41,538 nucleotides of DNA from Actinomycetota bacterium (GTDB lineage Bacteria; Actinomycetota; UBA4738). The DNA is taken from the NCBI GenBank assembly GCA_036721725.1, contig DAIMKN010000003.1, forward strand, positions 1-41,538, written 5' to 3'. Positions 1-8,369 of this stretch are shown piece after piece. Under the pieces are notes generated by a model that ran no database searches, was not told the DNA's origin, and was given only the letters and a program-made list of their open reading frames with translations. The translations under genes were made by a program, and so were the position numbers. Each line of letters begins with the position of its first letter. Position 1 is the first letter of the stretch.

Positions 1-2
1 CG

Positions 3-53
3 CCGCGCGGGACGAAGTTCTGTCCCGAATGCGGGACCTCGCTGGCGTCCTGA
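3..53 (+). CDS. 3' end of a zinc-ribbon protein gene (5' part outside window)
   Basis: Frame 3 reads PRGTKFCPECGTSLAS, then TGA at 51-53. The CPxC knuckle is typical of zinc-ribbon termini. GAGG at 79-82 could then serve ATG 91. An alternative frame running to TGA 92-94 (ATGA overlap with the next gene) cannot be excluded. Confidence 0.3.
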   Translation, partial: PRGTKFCPECGTSLAS

Positions 54-90
54 GCTTTCGCCCGGCGGCCCGCGTGGCCGAGGTCGTGCG

Positions 91-1431
91 ATGACGGTTT
101 ATCCGGGACAGGTCGCCGTCACGGAGCCCGGGGGGGTGGCCGGCGCGTTCGCGCCGGCCACCGTGGAGCCGGGAGACAAGGCCGTGACGATCCTGGTCGC
201 CGGCGCCCCGCCCCTCGAGCTCCCCTACACCGACATCGACGACCTGTTCGACGACGACTACACGCTCCGGCTGACGGACTACACGGGCCGGCGCTACGAC
301 CTGTCGATGTTCGGCAAGGCCTACGGCCAGATCGCCGCGGACGTGGCCGGGCGCCGCCGGGACCGTCTCCAGCACGACCTCCTGCTGACCGGAACGGGCG
401 AGTTCGAGCCGTTCCCGGGGAGCGTGTTCGGACCGGACGGGCAGCCGGCCAAGGCCGAGCTGCGGCTGTTCGACGACCTGCTGGTGGCGATGCCCGAACG
501 CGGCCTGATGTGGGGCCTGCCGTATTCCTTCATCGACCGCGTGGAGTGGGACGCCGAGCAGTACCGCGTCCGCGTGGTGGATGACGGCGGGGTCGTGCAC
601 GAGTTCGGCTGGCTGGCCAAACGGAGCGAACAGTTCCGCGACATGCTCCAGCGCCGGCTGGACGAGCTTGCAGCACGAACGGCTCGAACGCTCGGCGCCC
701 TGCTGCCCGGGGTGGACCCGTCGGTGCTCGGCAGGCTGGCAGCCGTCATGCGGGACGGCCGGGCCGTGCAGCAGCGAACGGTCGAGGCCATCGACCCGGC
801 CATTTGGCCGCGGCTGGAGGCCTTGGTCGTGGAGAGGGAGGACCTGCGGGCCAGCTACGAGGTGCTGCGTTCGATGTCACCGCCCGGCTGGGCGGCGTTC
901 GGCGTGAAAGCGATCGACCCGAAGACGGACGACGCGGGCCCTGCTGCGGGTCCGCCGCTGGATCCGAACGCCGCCGCCGTGGCAGCGTCGAACGCCGGTG
1001 AGGCGCTCCCCGCGGATGAGCCGCCGGGCGCTCCCACCGCGCGGCTGTGGTACTTCTGCCCCCTGGCCCGGGACGGGCGGCCGCTCAACGCCGTGGCCCA
1101 GGAGATCACCTCCGAGGGGGGTCACGCCACCTACGTGTTCCGCCTGATGGAGTCCGAACGGTTCGCCGCGCTGGCCTCTGACGCGGCGGAGGCCGAGGTC
1201 GCCGCCGCCGTGGCCAGGCTCAACCGGGCCCTGCTCACCCTGAACTTCCGCCGCGAACCCATCTACACCTCCGACGAGCAGATCCAGGCGGGGCCGTTCG
1301 GCCGGTACCGCGTGGCGCTGCGCAAACTCGACTACCTGCAGTGGGCCCGGAAGGCGTTCCTGGGCCGGGCGCTGCACACCGATCCGGCCGCGTGGCGCTC
1401 CCAGCTCGACGCGGCGGTCGAACGCACGTAG
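91..1431 (+). CDS. hypothetical protein, 446 aa, no family recognised
   Basis: Long ORF with high GC3 and native hexamer usage; ATG start, TAG stop. No motif I can assign. Confidence 0.6.
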   Translation: MTVYPGQVAVTEPGGVAGAFAPATVEPGDKAVTILVAGAPPLELPYTDIDDLFDDDYTLRLTDYTGRRYDLSMFGKAYGQIAADVAGRRRDRLQHDLLLTGTGEFEPFPGSVFGPDGQPAKAELRLFDDLLVAMPERGLMWGLPYSFIDRVEWDAEQYRVRVVDDGGVVHEFGWLAKRSEQFRDMLQRRLDELAARTARTLGALLPGVDPSVLGRLAAVMRDGRAVQQRTVEAIDPAIWPRLEALVVEREDLRASYEVLRSMSPPGWAAFGVKAIDPKTDDAGPAAGPPLDPNAAAVAASNAGEALPADEPPGAPTARLWYFCPLARDGRPLNAVAQEITSEGGHATYVFRLMESERFAALASDAAEAEVAAAVARLNRALLTLNFRREPIYTSDEQIQAGPFGRYRVALRKLDYLQWARKAFLGRALHTDPAAWRSQLDAAVERT

Positions 1432-1447
1432 ATCCCGGCCGGCCGGT

Positions 1448-1714
1448 TCACTCGGCCGGAGTGGCGTCCTCCGACGTTCGATGTTCGACCTCGAGCTCGC
1501 CGGTGACGGCCGTCTCGTCCAGGCGGGGGCCACCCACCTCGTGGCCGCAGGAGTACGTCACGACCTGGCTCGTGTCGGCTTCCTGGATCCGTTCGTCGGG
1601 CACGGCCCGCGAGCTGGCGTTGAAGCTCACGTCGACGAGTGTGCCCTGGCCGCAGATCGGGCAGGACTGAGGCATTCCCGGGGTGGTCTCGTCGGGGTGT
1701 GTCATGGCGCTCAT
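1448..1714 (-). CDS. small Cys-rich (zinc-ribbon-like) hypothetical protein, 88 aa
   Basis: I trimmed the track ORF 1448..1987 to ATG 1714 (MSAMTHPDE...). It contains CPICG ... SCGH. It is divergent from the gene starting at 1753. Confidence 0.45.
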   Translation of the reverse strand: MSAMTHPDETTPGMPQSCPICGQGTLVDVSFNASSRAVPDERIQEADTSQVVTYSCGHEVGGPRLDETAVTGELEVEHRTSEDATPAE

Positions 1715-1752
1715 GCTAACGTCCCCACGCCCAGCCAGGAGAGGTGCAGGAT

Positions 1753-2358
1753 ATGGGTCGTTGGCGACGGGGGGTCCAGCTGGGGGTAGGGCTGATCCTG
1801 GGCCTAGCCCTTCTTGGCGTCGCGTTTTGGCGCGGAGCGGGGCCACCTGCGCCGCGAGCGGCCCCGGGACCCGGCGTGGGCTATCCCTTGAACCTGCCTG
1901 CGTTCCAGGGCGCGCACCCTGTGACGCTCGAAGCGGCTCGAAGCGCGATGGGCGGCAGCCTCCCGCTCCCGAACTCTGCCGATGCATCGACCGCCGACGT
2001 CCAGAGCGTCTGGCTCAATTCCAGCACGGCCGAAGTGGACATCTACTTCGGGTCCGGGGTGCGGTTGCTCGAGGAGCCAGGCTCGGGCGAGTCTCAAACC
2101 GTGATCCAGGCGGAAGACCAAGCAGCCGTGCAACAGAACGGAGGCGACTCGAAGCTCGCCACGATTGATGGGGTCACGGCTGTTGTAACCGCCCGAGATT
2201 TCTCTGGGAACGGCCAGTGTGGGACCCCGGGCGTCGACTGCATCCCCCCGCAGCAGAACCCGAGCGATGTCACCATGATCCTTAACGGATTCTCGGTCGA
2301 ACTTACCGCGGATTGGCCAGTAGATCAGTTGGTCGCGGTGGCGAACACCCTGTCATGA
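1753..2358 (+). CDS. membrane-anchored or secreted protein, possibly DUF4367/LolA-like C-terminal domain
   Basis: AGGAGAGG at 1736-1743 precedes ATG 1753. The N-terminus MGRWRRG plus a hydrophobic stretch (LGVGLILGLALLGVAF) looks like a signal anchor. The C-terminal ...VELTADWPVDQLVAVANTLS resembles DUF4367 ends, from memory only. GC and GC3 are lower than in neighbouring genes. Confidence 0.5.
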   Translation: MGRWRRGVQLGVGLILGLALLGVAFWRGAGPPAPRAAPGPGVGYPLNLPAFQGAHPVTLEAARSAMGGSLPLPNSADASTADVQSVWLNSSTAEVDIYFGSGVRLLEEPGSGESQTVIQAEDQAAVQQNGGDSKLATIDGVTAVVTARDFSGNGQCGTPGVDCIPPQQNPSDVTMILNGFSVELTADWPVDQLVAVANTLS

Positions 2359-2491
2359 AACACGAGTCCGGGAGAGGAAGCTCCCGAATGCTTGCTCTCC
2401 CGCAGGTTCGCCGAGCCAACTGGCTCGCAGAAGTCCCCGAGTGTTTGGGCGACGCGCGCCGTCCTCACCTAGCTCCTCGTTGACCGGAACG

Positions 2492-2719
2492 ATGCGTGGT
2501 CTGTACTGGTTGGCGGCTGGTGTCGTCCTAGCCACGTTTGTCATCGCGGTCCTCCTTCCACATCACTGCTACTATCCGCTCGGCCCCCCGGCCAAGCCTG
2601 GCTATTGCACGGGTGCCGGTTCGTTGCTTCGGAGCGGCATCGTTCTTGGTGGCATCATCGCTGGCGTTCTCGTCGGAGTAGGCGCGCGCTGGCTGGGACG
2701 AAAGGCGAAGCGACGATAG
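2492..2719 (+). CDS. small two-helix membrane protein, about 75 aa
   Basis: ATG 2492 (MRGLYWLAAGVVLATFVIAVLL...) with a second hydrophobic segment GIVLGGIIAGVLVGVGA and a basic tail. Atypical composition; no family assigned. Confidence 0.35.
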   Translation: MRGLYWLAAGVVLATFVIAVLLPHHCYYPLGPPAKPGYCTGAGSLLRSGIVLGGIIAGVLVGVGARWLGRKAKRR

Positions 2720-2962
2720 CGAGGAGTTCATGCTGCTCGCTCTGGCTGTCTCGTCCCGGCCTCAACCAACGCTGCTGGTATCCCGCGTCTGAAGTCGTTT
2801 GACACCGCCGAGCCGACGCGCTGCTCTGGCGGTCATGTCTGGGCAGCGGCGCGGGAAGAAGTTTGGAACAATGGGAGGCGTTCGACCTGAAGGCCCGTTC
2901 GAGCGGGCCGAACGCGGGCGCCGAGGCCACATCGATCCACCGACGGAAGGAGTGATTCGAAC

Positions 2963-3925
2963 ATGCCGGACATGGAGACCCCGCACTACGAGAAGATCGC
3001 CCGGGTCGGCTATTCGGGGAGCCTGTACATCCTGGCGTTCGACCACCGCGGGTCGTTCCAGAAGAAGATGTTCGGCATCCCCGGCACGCCGAACGCGGAG
3101 GAGTCGGCCCGGATCTCCGACGCCAAGACCCTCATCTTCGAAGGCTTCCAGGAGGCCATCGCTCAGGGCGCTCCCAGGGATGCCGCGGGCCTGCTGGTCG
3201 ACGAACAGTTCGGCGCGGAGATCGCCCGAACGGCCAAGCATGAGGGGTACCTGTTCGCGATGCCGGTGGAGAAGTCGGGGCAGGACGAGTTCGACTTCGA
3301 CTACGGCGAGGACTTCGGCACGCACATCCTGGACTTCGATCCGACGTTCTCCAAGGTCCTGGTGCGCTACAACCCCGACGGCGACCGGGAGATGAACGCG
3401 ACCCAACTGGTCAAGCTGAAGAAGCTCTCCGACTGGCTTCACGACAATGGCCGGAAGTTCCTGTTCGAGCTCCTGGTGCCGGCCGAGCCCGCCCAGCTCG
3501 AGAGCGTCGGCGGCGACGCGGGCCGCTACGACAAGGAGGTCCGTCCGGGACTCATGGTGACCGCCATCCGCGACATCCAGGCCGGCGGGGTGGAGCCCGA
3601 CATCTGGAAGATCGAGGGCATCGACACGGCCGAGGACTGCCAGAAGATCGCGGCGCAAGCGAGGTCGAACGGCCGCGACGACGTGGTCTGCGTGGTCCTG
3701 GGGCGCGGGGCGAACGACGACGCGGTGGTCAACTGGCTGCAGCAGGGTGCGAGCGTCCCGGGCTACGTGGGGTTCGCCATCGGCCGGACCATCTGGTGGG
3801 ACGCGCTGAAGGCCTACCTGGCCTCCGAGACCGACCGCAGCGCGGCGGTGAAGCAGATCGCCACGAACTTCCTTCGGATGATCGAGGTCTACACCGCCGC
3901 GTCGGGGGACCAGAACCACATCTAG
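2963..3925 (+). CDS. DUF2090 / Cgl0159-family (beta/alpha)8 aldolase-like protein
   Basis: GGAAGGAG precedes ATG 2963. The 320-aa product (YILAFDHRGSF..., VLVRYNP..., FLFELLVP..., DIWKIEG..., GFAIGRTIW) matches my recollection of the IolC C-terminal / DUF2090 class I aldolase-like family. Confidence 0.7.
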   Translation: MPDMETPHYEKIARVGYSGSLYILAFDHRGSFQKKMFGIPGTPNAEESARISDAKTLIFEGFQEAIAQGAPRDAAGLLVDEQFGAEIARTAKHEGYLFAMPVEKSGQDEFDFDYGEDFGTHILDFDPTFSKVLVRYNPDGDREMNATQLVKLKKLSDWLHDNGRKFLFELLVPAEPAQLESVGGDAGRYDKEVRPGLMVTAIRDIQAGGVEPDIWKIEGIDTAEDCQKIAAQARSNGRDDVVCVVLGRGANDDAVVNWLQQGASVPGYVGFAIGRTIWWDALKAYLASETDRSAAVKQIATNFLRMIEVYTAASGDQNHI

Positions 3926-3963
3926 AGGTCGGCGTTCGCCACGTGAAGGGAGGGAGTGAGGGG

Positions 3964-4167
3964 ATGTCCGTCATCAAGACGATCGACCTGGTCGGCGTAT
4001 CGTCGAAGTCCTGGCGCGACGCGGCCGAACAGGCGCTGGCCGAGGCGACCAAGACGCTCCGCGGCGTGGAGGGTATGGACGTCCTGGAGACCAGCGCCGT
4101 GGTCGAGGGCGACCGGATCAAGGAGTTCCACACGCACGTCAGGATCCGGTTCCGCATCGAACGCTGA
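3964..4167 (+). CDS. dodecin family flavin-binding protein, 67 aa
   Basis: GAAGGGAGGGAG precedes ATG 3964. MSVIKTIDLVGVSSKSWRDAAEQALAEATKTLRGV...FHTHVRIRFRIE follows the dodecin pattern (compare the M. tuberculosis Rv1498A-type sequence). Confidence 0.8.
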   Translation: MSVIKTIDLVGVSSKSWRDAAEQALAEATKTLRGVEGMDVLETSAVVEGDRIKEFHTHVRIRFRIER

Positions 4168-4185
4168 AACCGAATAGGGGGAGCG

Positions 4186-5178
4186 ATGGAGTTCGGCGTC
4201 TGCTTCATGTGCGACCCGCCCGTGTCGCGGGTCGTGGCGATGACCCAGCGTGCCGAGGCCGCCGGGTTCGACTACACCTGGCTGTGGGACTCCCACATCC
4301 TGTGGGAGGAGGTCTATCCGATCTTCGCGCTCATGGCCACGGGTACCGAACGCATCCGGATCGGTCCCTGCGTGACGAACCCGGCCACCCGCGACGTCAC
4401 GGTCACCGCGAGCGCCATGGCCACGCTGAACGAGATCTCGCAGGGGAGGATGGTCGTCGGGATGGGGCGGGGCGACAGCGCGCGGCGGGTCATCGGCAAG
4501 AAGCCCGTGTCGGTGGAGGAGATGGAGCTGGCCTGCCGCCGCATCAAGGACCTGGCCGAGGGCCGGGAGATCGACTATGACGGGACGCCGCTCACGCTGA
4601 AGTGGTCGCAGGGCCATCCGCTGGAGATCTGGGTGGCGGCGTACGGCCCGAAGGCGCTGCGCGCGGCGGGACGGGTCGCCGACGGCCTCATCATGCAGCT
4701 CGCCGACCCCTACATCGTGGAGTGGTCGCTCCCCTACCTCCGCCAGGGCGCGGAAGAGGCCGGCCGCGACCCGGCATCGATCAAGCTGATGTGCGCGGCC
4801 CCCGCCTACATCACCGACGACCTGGCTCATGCCAGGGACGAGGTTCGGTGGTTCCCGGCGCTCGTGTCGAACCACGTGGTCGACCTGGTGTCGCGCTACG
4901 CGGAAACCGAGCTGCCCAGGGAGCTCACCGATTTCATCGCCGCCCGCGACCACTACGACTACGCCGACCACGGGCGGACCGGCGCCGAACACGCCGCGTT
5001 CGTCACCGACGAGGTGGTGGACCGGTTCTGCGTGCTGGGGACGGCGGAGGAGGTTCGACGCAAGCTCTCGGAGTTGCAGGGGCTCGGCATGGACCAGTTC
5101 AACATCTACTCGATGGTCGATGATCCCGAGGGGGTCATCGACGCGTTCGGGCGTGACATCATCCCGGCCTTCACATAG
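4186..5178 (+). CDS. luciferase-like (LLM) oxidoreductase, Mer-like / putatively F420-dependent
   Basis: 330-aa TIM-barrel LLM pattern (FDYTWLWDSH, IRIGPCVTNPATR, GRMVVGMGRGDS, WVAAYGPKAL) and a length typical of the Mer/F420 LLM clade. Cofactor assignment is inference. Confidence 0.8.
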   Translation: MEFGVCFMCDPPVSRVVAMTQRAEAAGFDYTWLWDSHILWEEVYPIFALMATGTERIRIGPCVTNPATRDVTVTASAMATLNEISQGRMVVGMGRGDSARRVIGKKPVSVEEMELACRRIKDLAEGREIDYDGTPLTLKWSQGHPLEIWVAAYGPKALRAAGRVADGLIMQLADPYIVEWSLPYLRQGAEEAGRDPASIKLMCAAPAYITDDLAHARDEVRWFPALVSNHVVDLVSRYAETELPRELTDFIAARDHYDYADHGRTGAEHAAFVTDEVVDRFCVLGTAEEVRRKLSELQGLGMDQFNIYSMVDDPEGVIDAFGRDIIPAFT

Positions 5179-5206
5179 AGGGCGGGAGGGAGAGAGGAGG
5201 CAAAAC

Positions 5207-6052
5207 GTGGCCACGGTTCGAGCGGCCGTCATCCAGTGCAACGCGAACATGCCCAAGCAGGAGGCCATCGACAAGCACATCGAGCTGATCGCCAAGGCCG
5301 CCGCCGACGGCGCGGAGGTCACCTGCCTCCAGGAGATCTTCCACGGCCCGTACTTCCCGGCCGAACAGGACCCGAAGTGGTACGACACGGCCGAGCCCGA
5401 GGACGGCCCGACCATCACCCGGATGCGAGAGGTGGCCGCGCAGCACGGCATGGTCCTGATCGTCCCGTGGTACGAGGAGGCCCAGACCGGCGTCTACTAC
5501 AACTCCGCGGTGGTCATCGAGAAGGACGGCTCGGTGGCCGGCAAGTACCGCAAGTCCCACATCCCCCACGTCGGCCCGTGCTTCTGGGAGAAGTTCTACT
5601 TCAAGCCGGGGAACCTGGGCTACCCGGTGTTCGACACGAGCGTCGGGCGGATCGGACTCATCATCTGCTACGACCGGCATTTCCCGGAGATCGCTCGAGC
5701 GCTCGGGCTGAAGGGCGCCGAGCTGGTGTTCAACCCGAGCGCCACCGTGGAGTCGCTCTCGAAGTACCTGTGGGAGCTCGAACAGCCCGCCCATGCCGTG
5801 GCGAACGGGTTCTGGATCGGCGCCGTCAACCGGGTGGGTGTGGAAGCGCCGCTGTCCACCGCGAAGTTCTACGGTTCGAGCTACTTCTGCAACCCGCGCG
5901 GGCAGATCGTGGCCCAAGCCTCGGACACCGAGGACGAGGTCCTGGTGGCGGACCTCGACCTCGGCATGATCCGGGAGGTCCGCAACACGTGGCAGTTCCT
6001 CCGGGACCGCCGGCCCGAGACCTACGGTGAGCTGACGGAGATGCTGCCATGA
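5207..6052 (+). CDS. nitrilase-superfamily amidohydrolase, beta-ureidopropionase (N-carbamoyl-beta-alanine amidohydrolase) type
   Basis: GAGAGGAGG precedes GTG 5207. The Glu-Lys-Cys triad context is present (CLQEIF, YRKSHIP, LIICYDRHFPE). The gene is operonic with dihydropyrimidinase-pathway genes. Confidence 0.8.
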   Translation: MATVRAAVIQCNANMPKQEAIDKHIELIAKAAADGAEVTCLQEIFHGPYFPAEQDPKWYDTAEPEDGPTITRMREVAAQHGMVLIVPWYEEAQTGVYYNSAVVIEKDGSVAGKYRKSHIPHVGPCFWEKFYFKPGNLGYPVFDTSVGRIGLIICYDRHFPEIARALGLKGAELVFNPSATVESLSKYLWELEQPAHAVANGFWIGAVNRVGVEAPLSTAKFYGSSYFCNPRGQIVAQASDTEDEVLVADLDLGMIREVRNTWQFLRDRRPETYGELTEMLP

Positions 6053-7374
6053 CCTCCGGGTCCGACAGCGGAGCGGATGGGGGGGCGGCGGAGCTGCTCG
6101 AACGGACCCGCAAGGTCCTGCCGAACTGGCTGGCCATCTACTACAAGGAGCCCATCGAGCTCGTTCGAGGCGAGGGCGCGCACGTGTGGGACTCGGCCGG
6201 ACGCGAGTACCTGGACTTCTTCGGTGGGATCGTCACCACGATCAGCGGCCACGTCGTGCCGAAGCTGGTCGAGGCGCTGACGGAGCAGGCGAACAAGATC
6301 GCCCACACCTCGACCGTGTACCTGATCCGGCCGATGGTCGAGCTGGCCGAGAAGCTGACGGGCCTGTCGCCGGTGGAGATGCCGGCCAAGGCGTTCTTCG
6401 TCGGCAGCGGGACCGAGGCGGTGGAGGCGGCGCTGCTGTTCGCCACCACCTGGCGGCGGTCGAACGAGATCATCGCGCTGCGCAACTCGTACCACGGGCG
6501 GTCGTTCGGCGCGATCGGCGTGACCGGGAACAAGGGCTGGTCGGCCACGTCGTTCAGCCCGCTCAACGTGAGCTACGCGCTGGCGCCGTACTGCTACCGG
6601 TGTCCGTTCGGGCTGACGTATCCCTCGTGCGGCGTGGCGTGCGCCGAGGACCTCCGCAACGTCATCGAGACCACCACCACGGGTGAGCCCGCCGCCATGA
6701 TCGCCGAGCCCATCCAGGGCGTGGGCGGGTTCGTCACGCCGCCGCCCGAGTACTTCGGCATCGTGAAGTCGATCCTGGACGAGTTCGGCATCCCGTTCAT
6801 CGCGGATGAGGTCCAGACCGGGTTCGGACGGACGGGCGAGGCGTTCTGGGGGATCGAGAGCTACGGCGTGGCGCCCGACGCCATCGTGTGCGCCAAGGGG
6901 CTCGGCAACGGCATGGCCATCGGCGCGGTGGTGGCGCGGGAGGACATGGTCGACTCGATCCGTTCGAACTCCATCTCGACGTTCGGCGGCAATCCGCTCC
7001 AGGCCACGTACGCACTGGCGAACCTGGCGAACATCGAGGAGAACGATCTGCAGTCGAACGCCCGGCGGGTCGGCAAGTATCTGATGGAAGGGTTGAAGGA
7101 GCTTGAGGACCGCTACGACGTGGTCGGGGAAGTGCGCGGTAAGGGCCTGATGATCGGCGTCGAACTGGTCAAGGACGGCGAGTCGAAGGCGCCGCATCCC
7201 GACGGCGCCGCCCAGACCATGGAGTCCGCGAAGGAGCAGGGACTGCTGCTCGGCAAGGGCGGCCTGTACGGCAACGTGTTGCGCATCTCCCCGCCGCTGG
7301 TCATCACCGAAGAAGACGCCCAGCGCGCCATCGAAACCCTCGACGTCGCCTTCCGCGAAGTCCAGGCCGGATAG
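6049..7374 (+). CDS. class III PLP aminotransferase (beta-alanine/aminoisobutyrate:pyruvate or 2-oxoglutarate type)
   Basis: ATGA overlap with the upstream gene. Motifs GSGTEAVE, DEVQTGFGRTG and the PLP lysine in CAKGLGNG are present. Confidence 0.9.
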   Translation: MTSGSDSGADGGAAELLERTRKVLPNWLAIYYKEPIELVRGEGAHVWDSAGREYLDFFGGIVTTISGHVVPKLVEALTEQANKIAHTSTVYLIRPMVELAEKLTGLSPVEMPAKAFFVGSGTEAVEAALLFATTWRRSNEIIALRNSYHGRSFGAIGVTGNKGWSATSFSPLNVSYALAPYCYRCPFGLTYPSCGVACAEDLRNVIETTTTGEPAAMIAEPIQGVGGFVTPPPEYFGIVKSILDEFGIPFIADEVQTGFGRTGEAFWGIESYGVAPDAIVCAKGLGNGMAIGAVVAREDMVDSIRSNSISTFGGNPLQATYALANLANIEENDLQSNARRVGKYLMEGLKELEDRYDVVGEVRGKGLMIGVELVKDGESKAPHPDGAAQTMESAKEQGLLLGKGGLYGNVLRISPPLVITEEDAQRAIETLDVAFREVQAG

Positions 7375-7378
7375 GTCG

Positions 7379-7804
7379 TCAGCCAGCGGAGGCGGGGAGG
7401 AGTTCGAATGCTTCGACGTGCCTGGGACGAACGACCGTGAAGTGGCGGCGGTCCAGCGTGGCGATCTTCGGCTCGCCCAAGCGCTCCGCGATGGCCACCA
7501 CCGCGGCGTCGACGAACCCGAGGTCGAGGTCCGCGTACCGGTCCATCAAGTCCGTCACCCGCGAATAGTCCTCGGCGAGAAGATCCTCGACTCGATAGGC
7601 GCCCGTTCCGATGTCCGCGAGGAGCGCGATCATCGCGCCCGGCCCGAGGCGTTCGGATGCCAGGTAGTCCACCTCGGGGAGGACGGGAGAAGGGATCACC
7701 AGAGGCTCAGTGGCCTCCTCGATCAGCTTCCGGCAGGCGCGATGGGCCCTGTCCCGTCGGTCGAGGGACGCGTACAGCGGTCCTGCGTCGAGGATCAGCG
7801 CCAC
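7379..7804 (-). CDS. vapC: PIN-domain ribonuclease toxin VapC
   Basis: 141 aa. The N-terminal LILDAGPL acidic residue, the mid LPEVD and the C-terminal FVDAAVVAIAERL...TLDRRHF are typical of PIN. It overlaps the upstream antitoxin by 10 nt. Confidence 0.85.
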   Translation of the reverse strand: MALILDAGPLYASLDRRDRAHRACRKLIEEATEPLVIPSPVLPEVDYLASERLGPGAMIALLADIGTGAYRVEDLLAEDYSRVTDLMDRYADLDLGFVDAAVVAIAERLGEPKIATLDRRHFTVVRPRHVEAFELLPASAG

Positions 7805-8019
7805 GACCGGGGAGGGACCCGCTTCGTGGCAGTCGTCTCCGCGGTTCGGTTCGGCGACGAGGATCCGACCCCAAGGCTCCGCGGCCGGGGCCGGTACTCA
7901 TCGGCCTTCGCCTCCAGCGCTTCTCGCATCACGAACGCCAGCGACACCCCTCGATCCCGCGCCAGCGCCCGAAGGCGCTGTAGCGTCTCTTCGTCCGCCA
8001 TGATCGTGGTGCGCGTCAT
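7795..8019 (-). CDS. vapB: ribbon-helix-helix (CopG-like) antitoxin VapB
   Basis: 74 aa. ...ADEETLQRLRALARDRGVSLAFVMREALE is an RHH pattern. It lies directly upstream of, and overlaps, the PIN gene. The start could also be ATG 8001. Confidence 0.75.
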   Translation of the reverse strand: MTRTTIMADEETLQRLRALARDRGVSLAFVMREALEAKADEYRPRPRSLGVGSSSPNRTAETTATKRVPPRSWR

Positions 8020-8163
8020 GCCAGCATTATGCCACAGATGTCATCACGCGGGGAACGTCCGGGTGAGGCTGGTTACGGGCTGCGTAGTCCGGGCCGCCAG
8101 ATCAGCGGTTAGATGGGTGGATCACCGCCCCGCGGTTGTCGAGCTCGCACGGCGAGGCCAACT

Positions 8164-8210
8164 GATCGACCGCCACCAAGCGAGCCACCCTTGCATCAAG
8201 GCGGTCGATC
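8164..8210. promoter_or_regulatory. perfect 11-bp inverted repeat GATCGACCGCC-N25-GGCGGTCGATC in the vapB / dihydropyrimidinase intergenic region
   Basis: Arms at 8164-8174 and 8200-8210 are exact reverse complements. The region is non-coding and lies between divergent transcription units. Confidence 0.3.
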
Positions 8211-8369
8211 TGCTAAGGCCCGCGTCCGCATGGTCGCCGCCGCTGGCGCAAGCGTGGAGGCGCCGCGAGCCTCGCAAGCCCAGCCCGTCCTCAACTGATC
8301 GTCGAGTGTTTGCGATGAGGAGCGGGGTGTCCATAGACTGCCGAAGCACGAGTAGGAGGGGTGGGCTCG

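Noticed and set aside
2-94. Alternative reading of the window's first 94 nt as the end of a gene overlapping ATG 91 by ATGA.
   Set aside because: It is plausible given the genome's habit of 4-nt overlaps, but the frame contains rare TTT and CGA codons. The competing frame gives a textbook zinc-ribbon ending. I kept it only as a caveat.
2367-2388. Hairpin CGGGAG-aggaag-CTCCCG after the gene ending at 2358, as an intrinsic terminator.
   Set aside because: The stem is only 6 bp and there is no downstream T-tract, so the evidence is too weak to annotate.
3922-5451. Very long antisense or alternative-frame ORFs. Examples: 3922..5451 (-), 8196..9857 (-), 9406..11544 (-), 24638..26032 (-), 22599..24728 (+), 35950..37695 (+).
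   Set aside because: They overlap genes with clear family motifs. They translate to Arg/Pro/Gly-rich low-complexity sequence. This is what 70% GC DNA with few stop codons is expected to produce, so I treat them as shadow ORFs.
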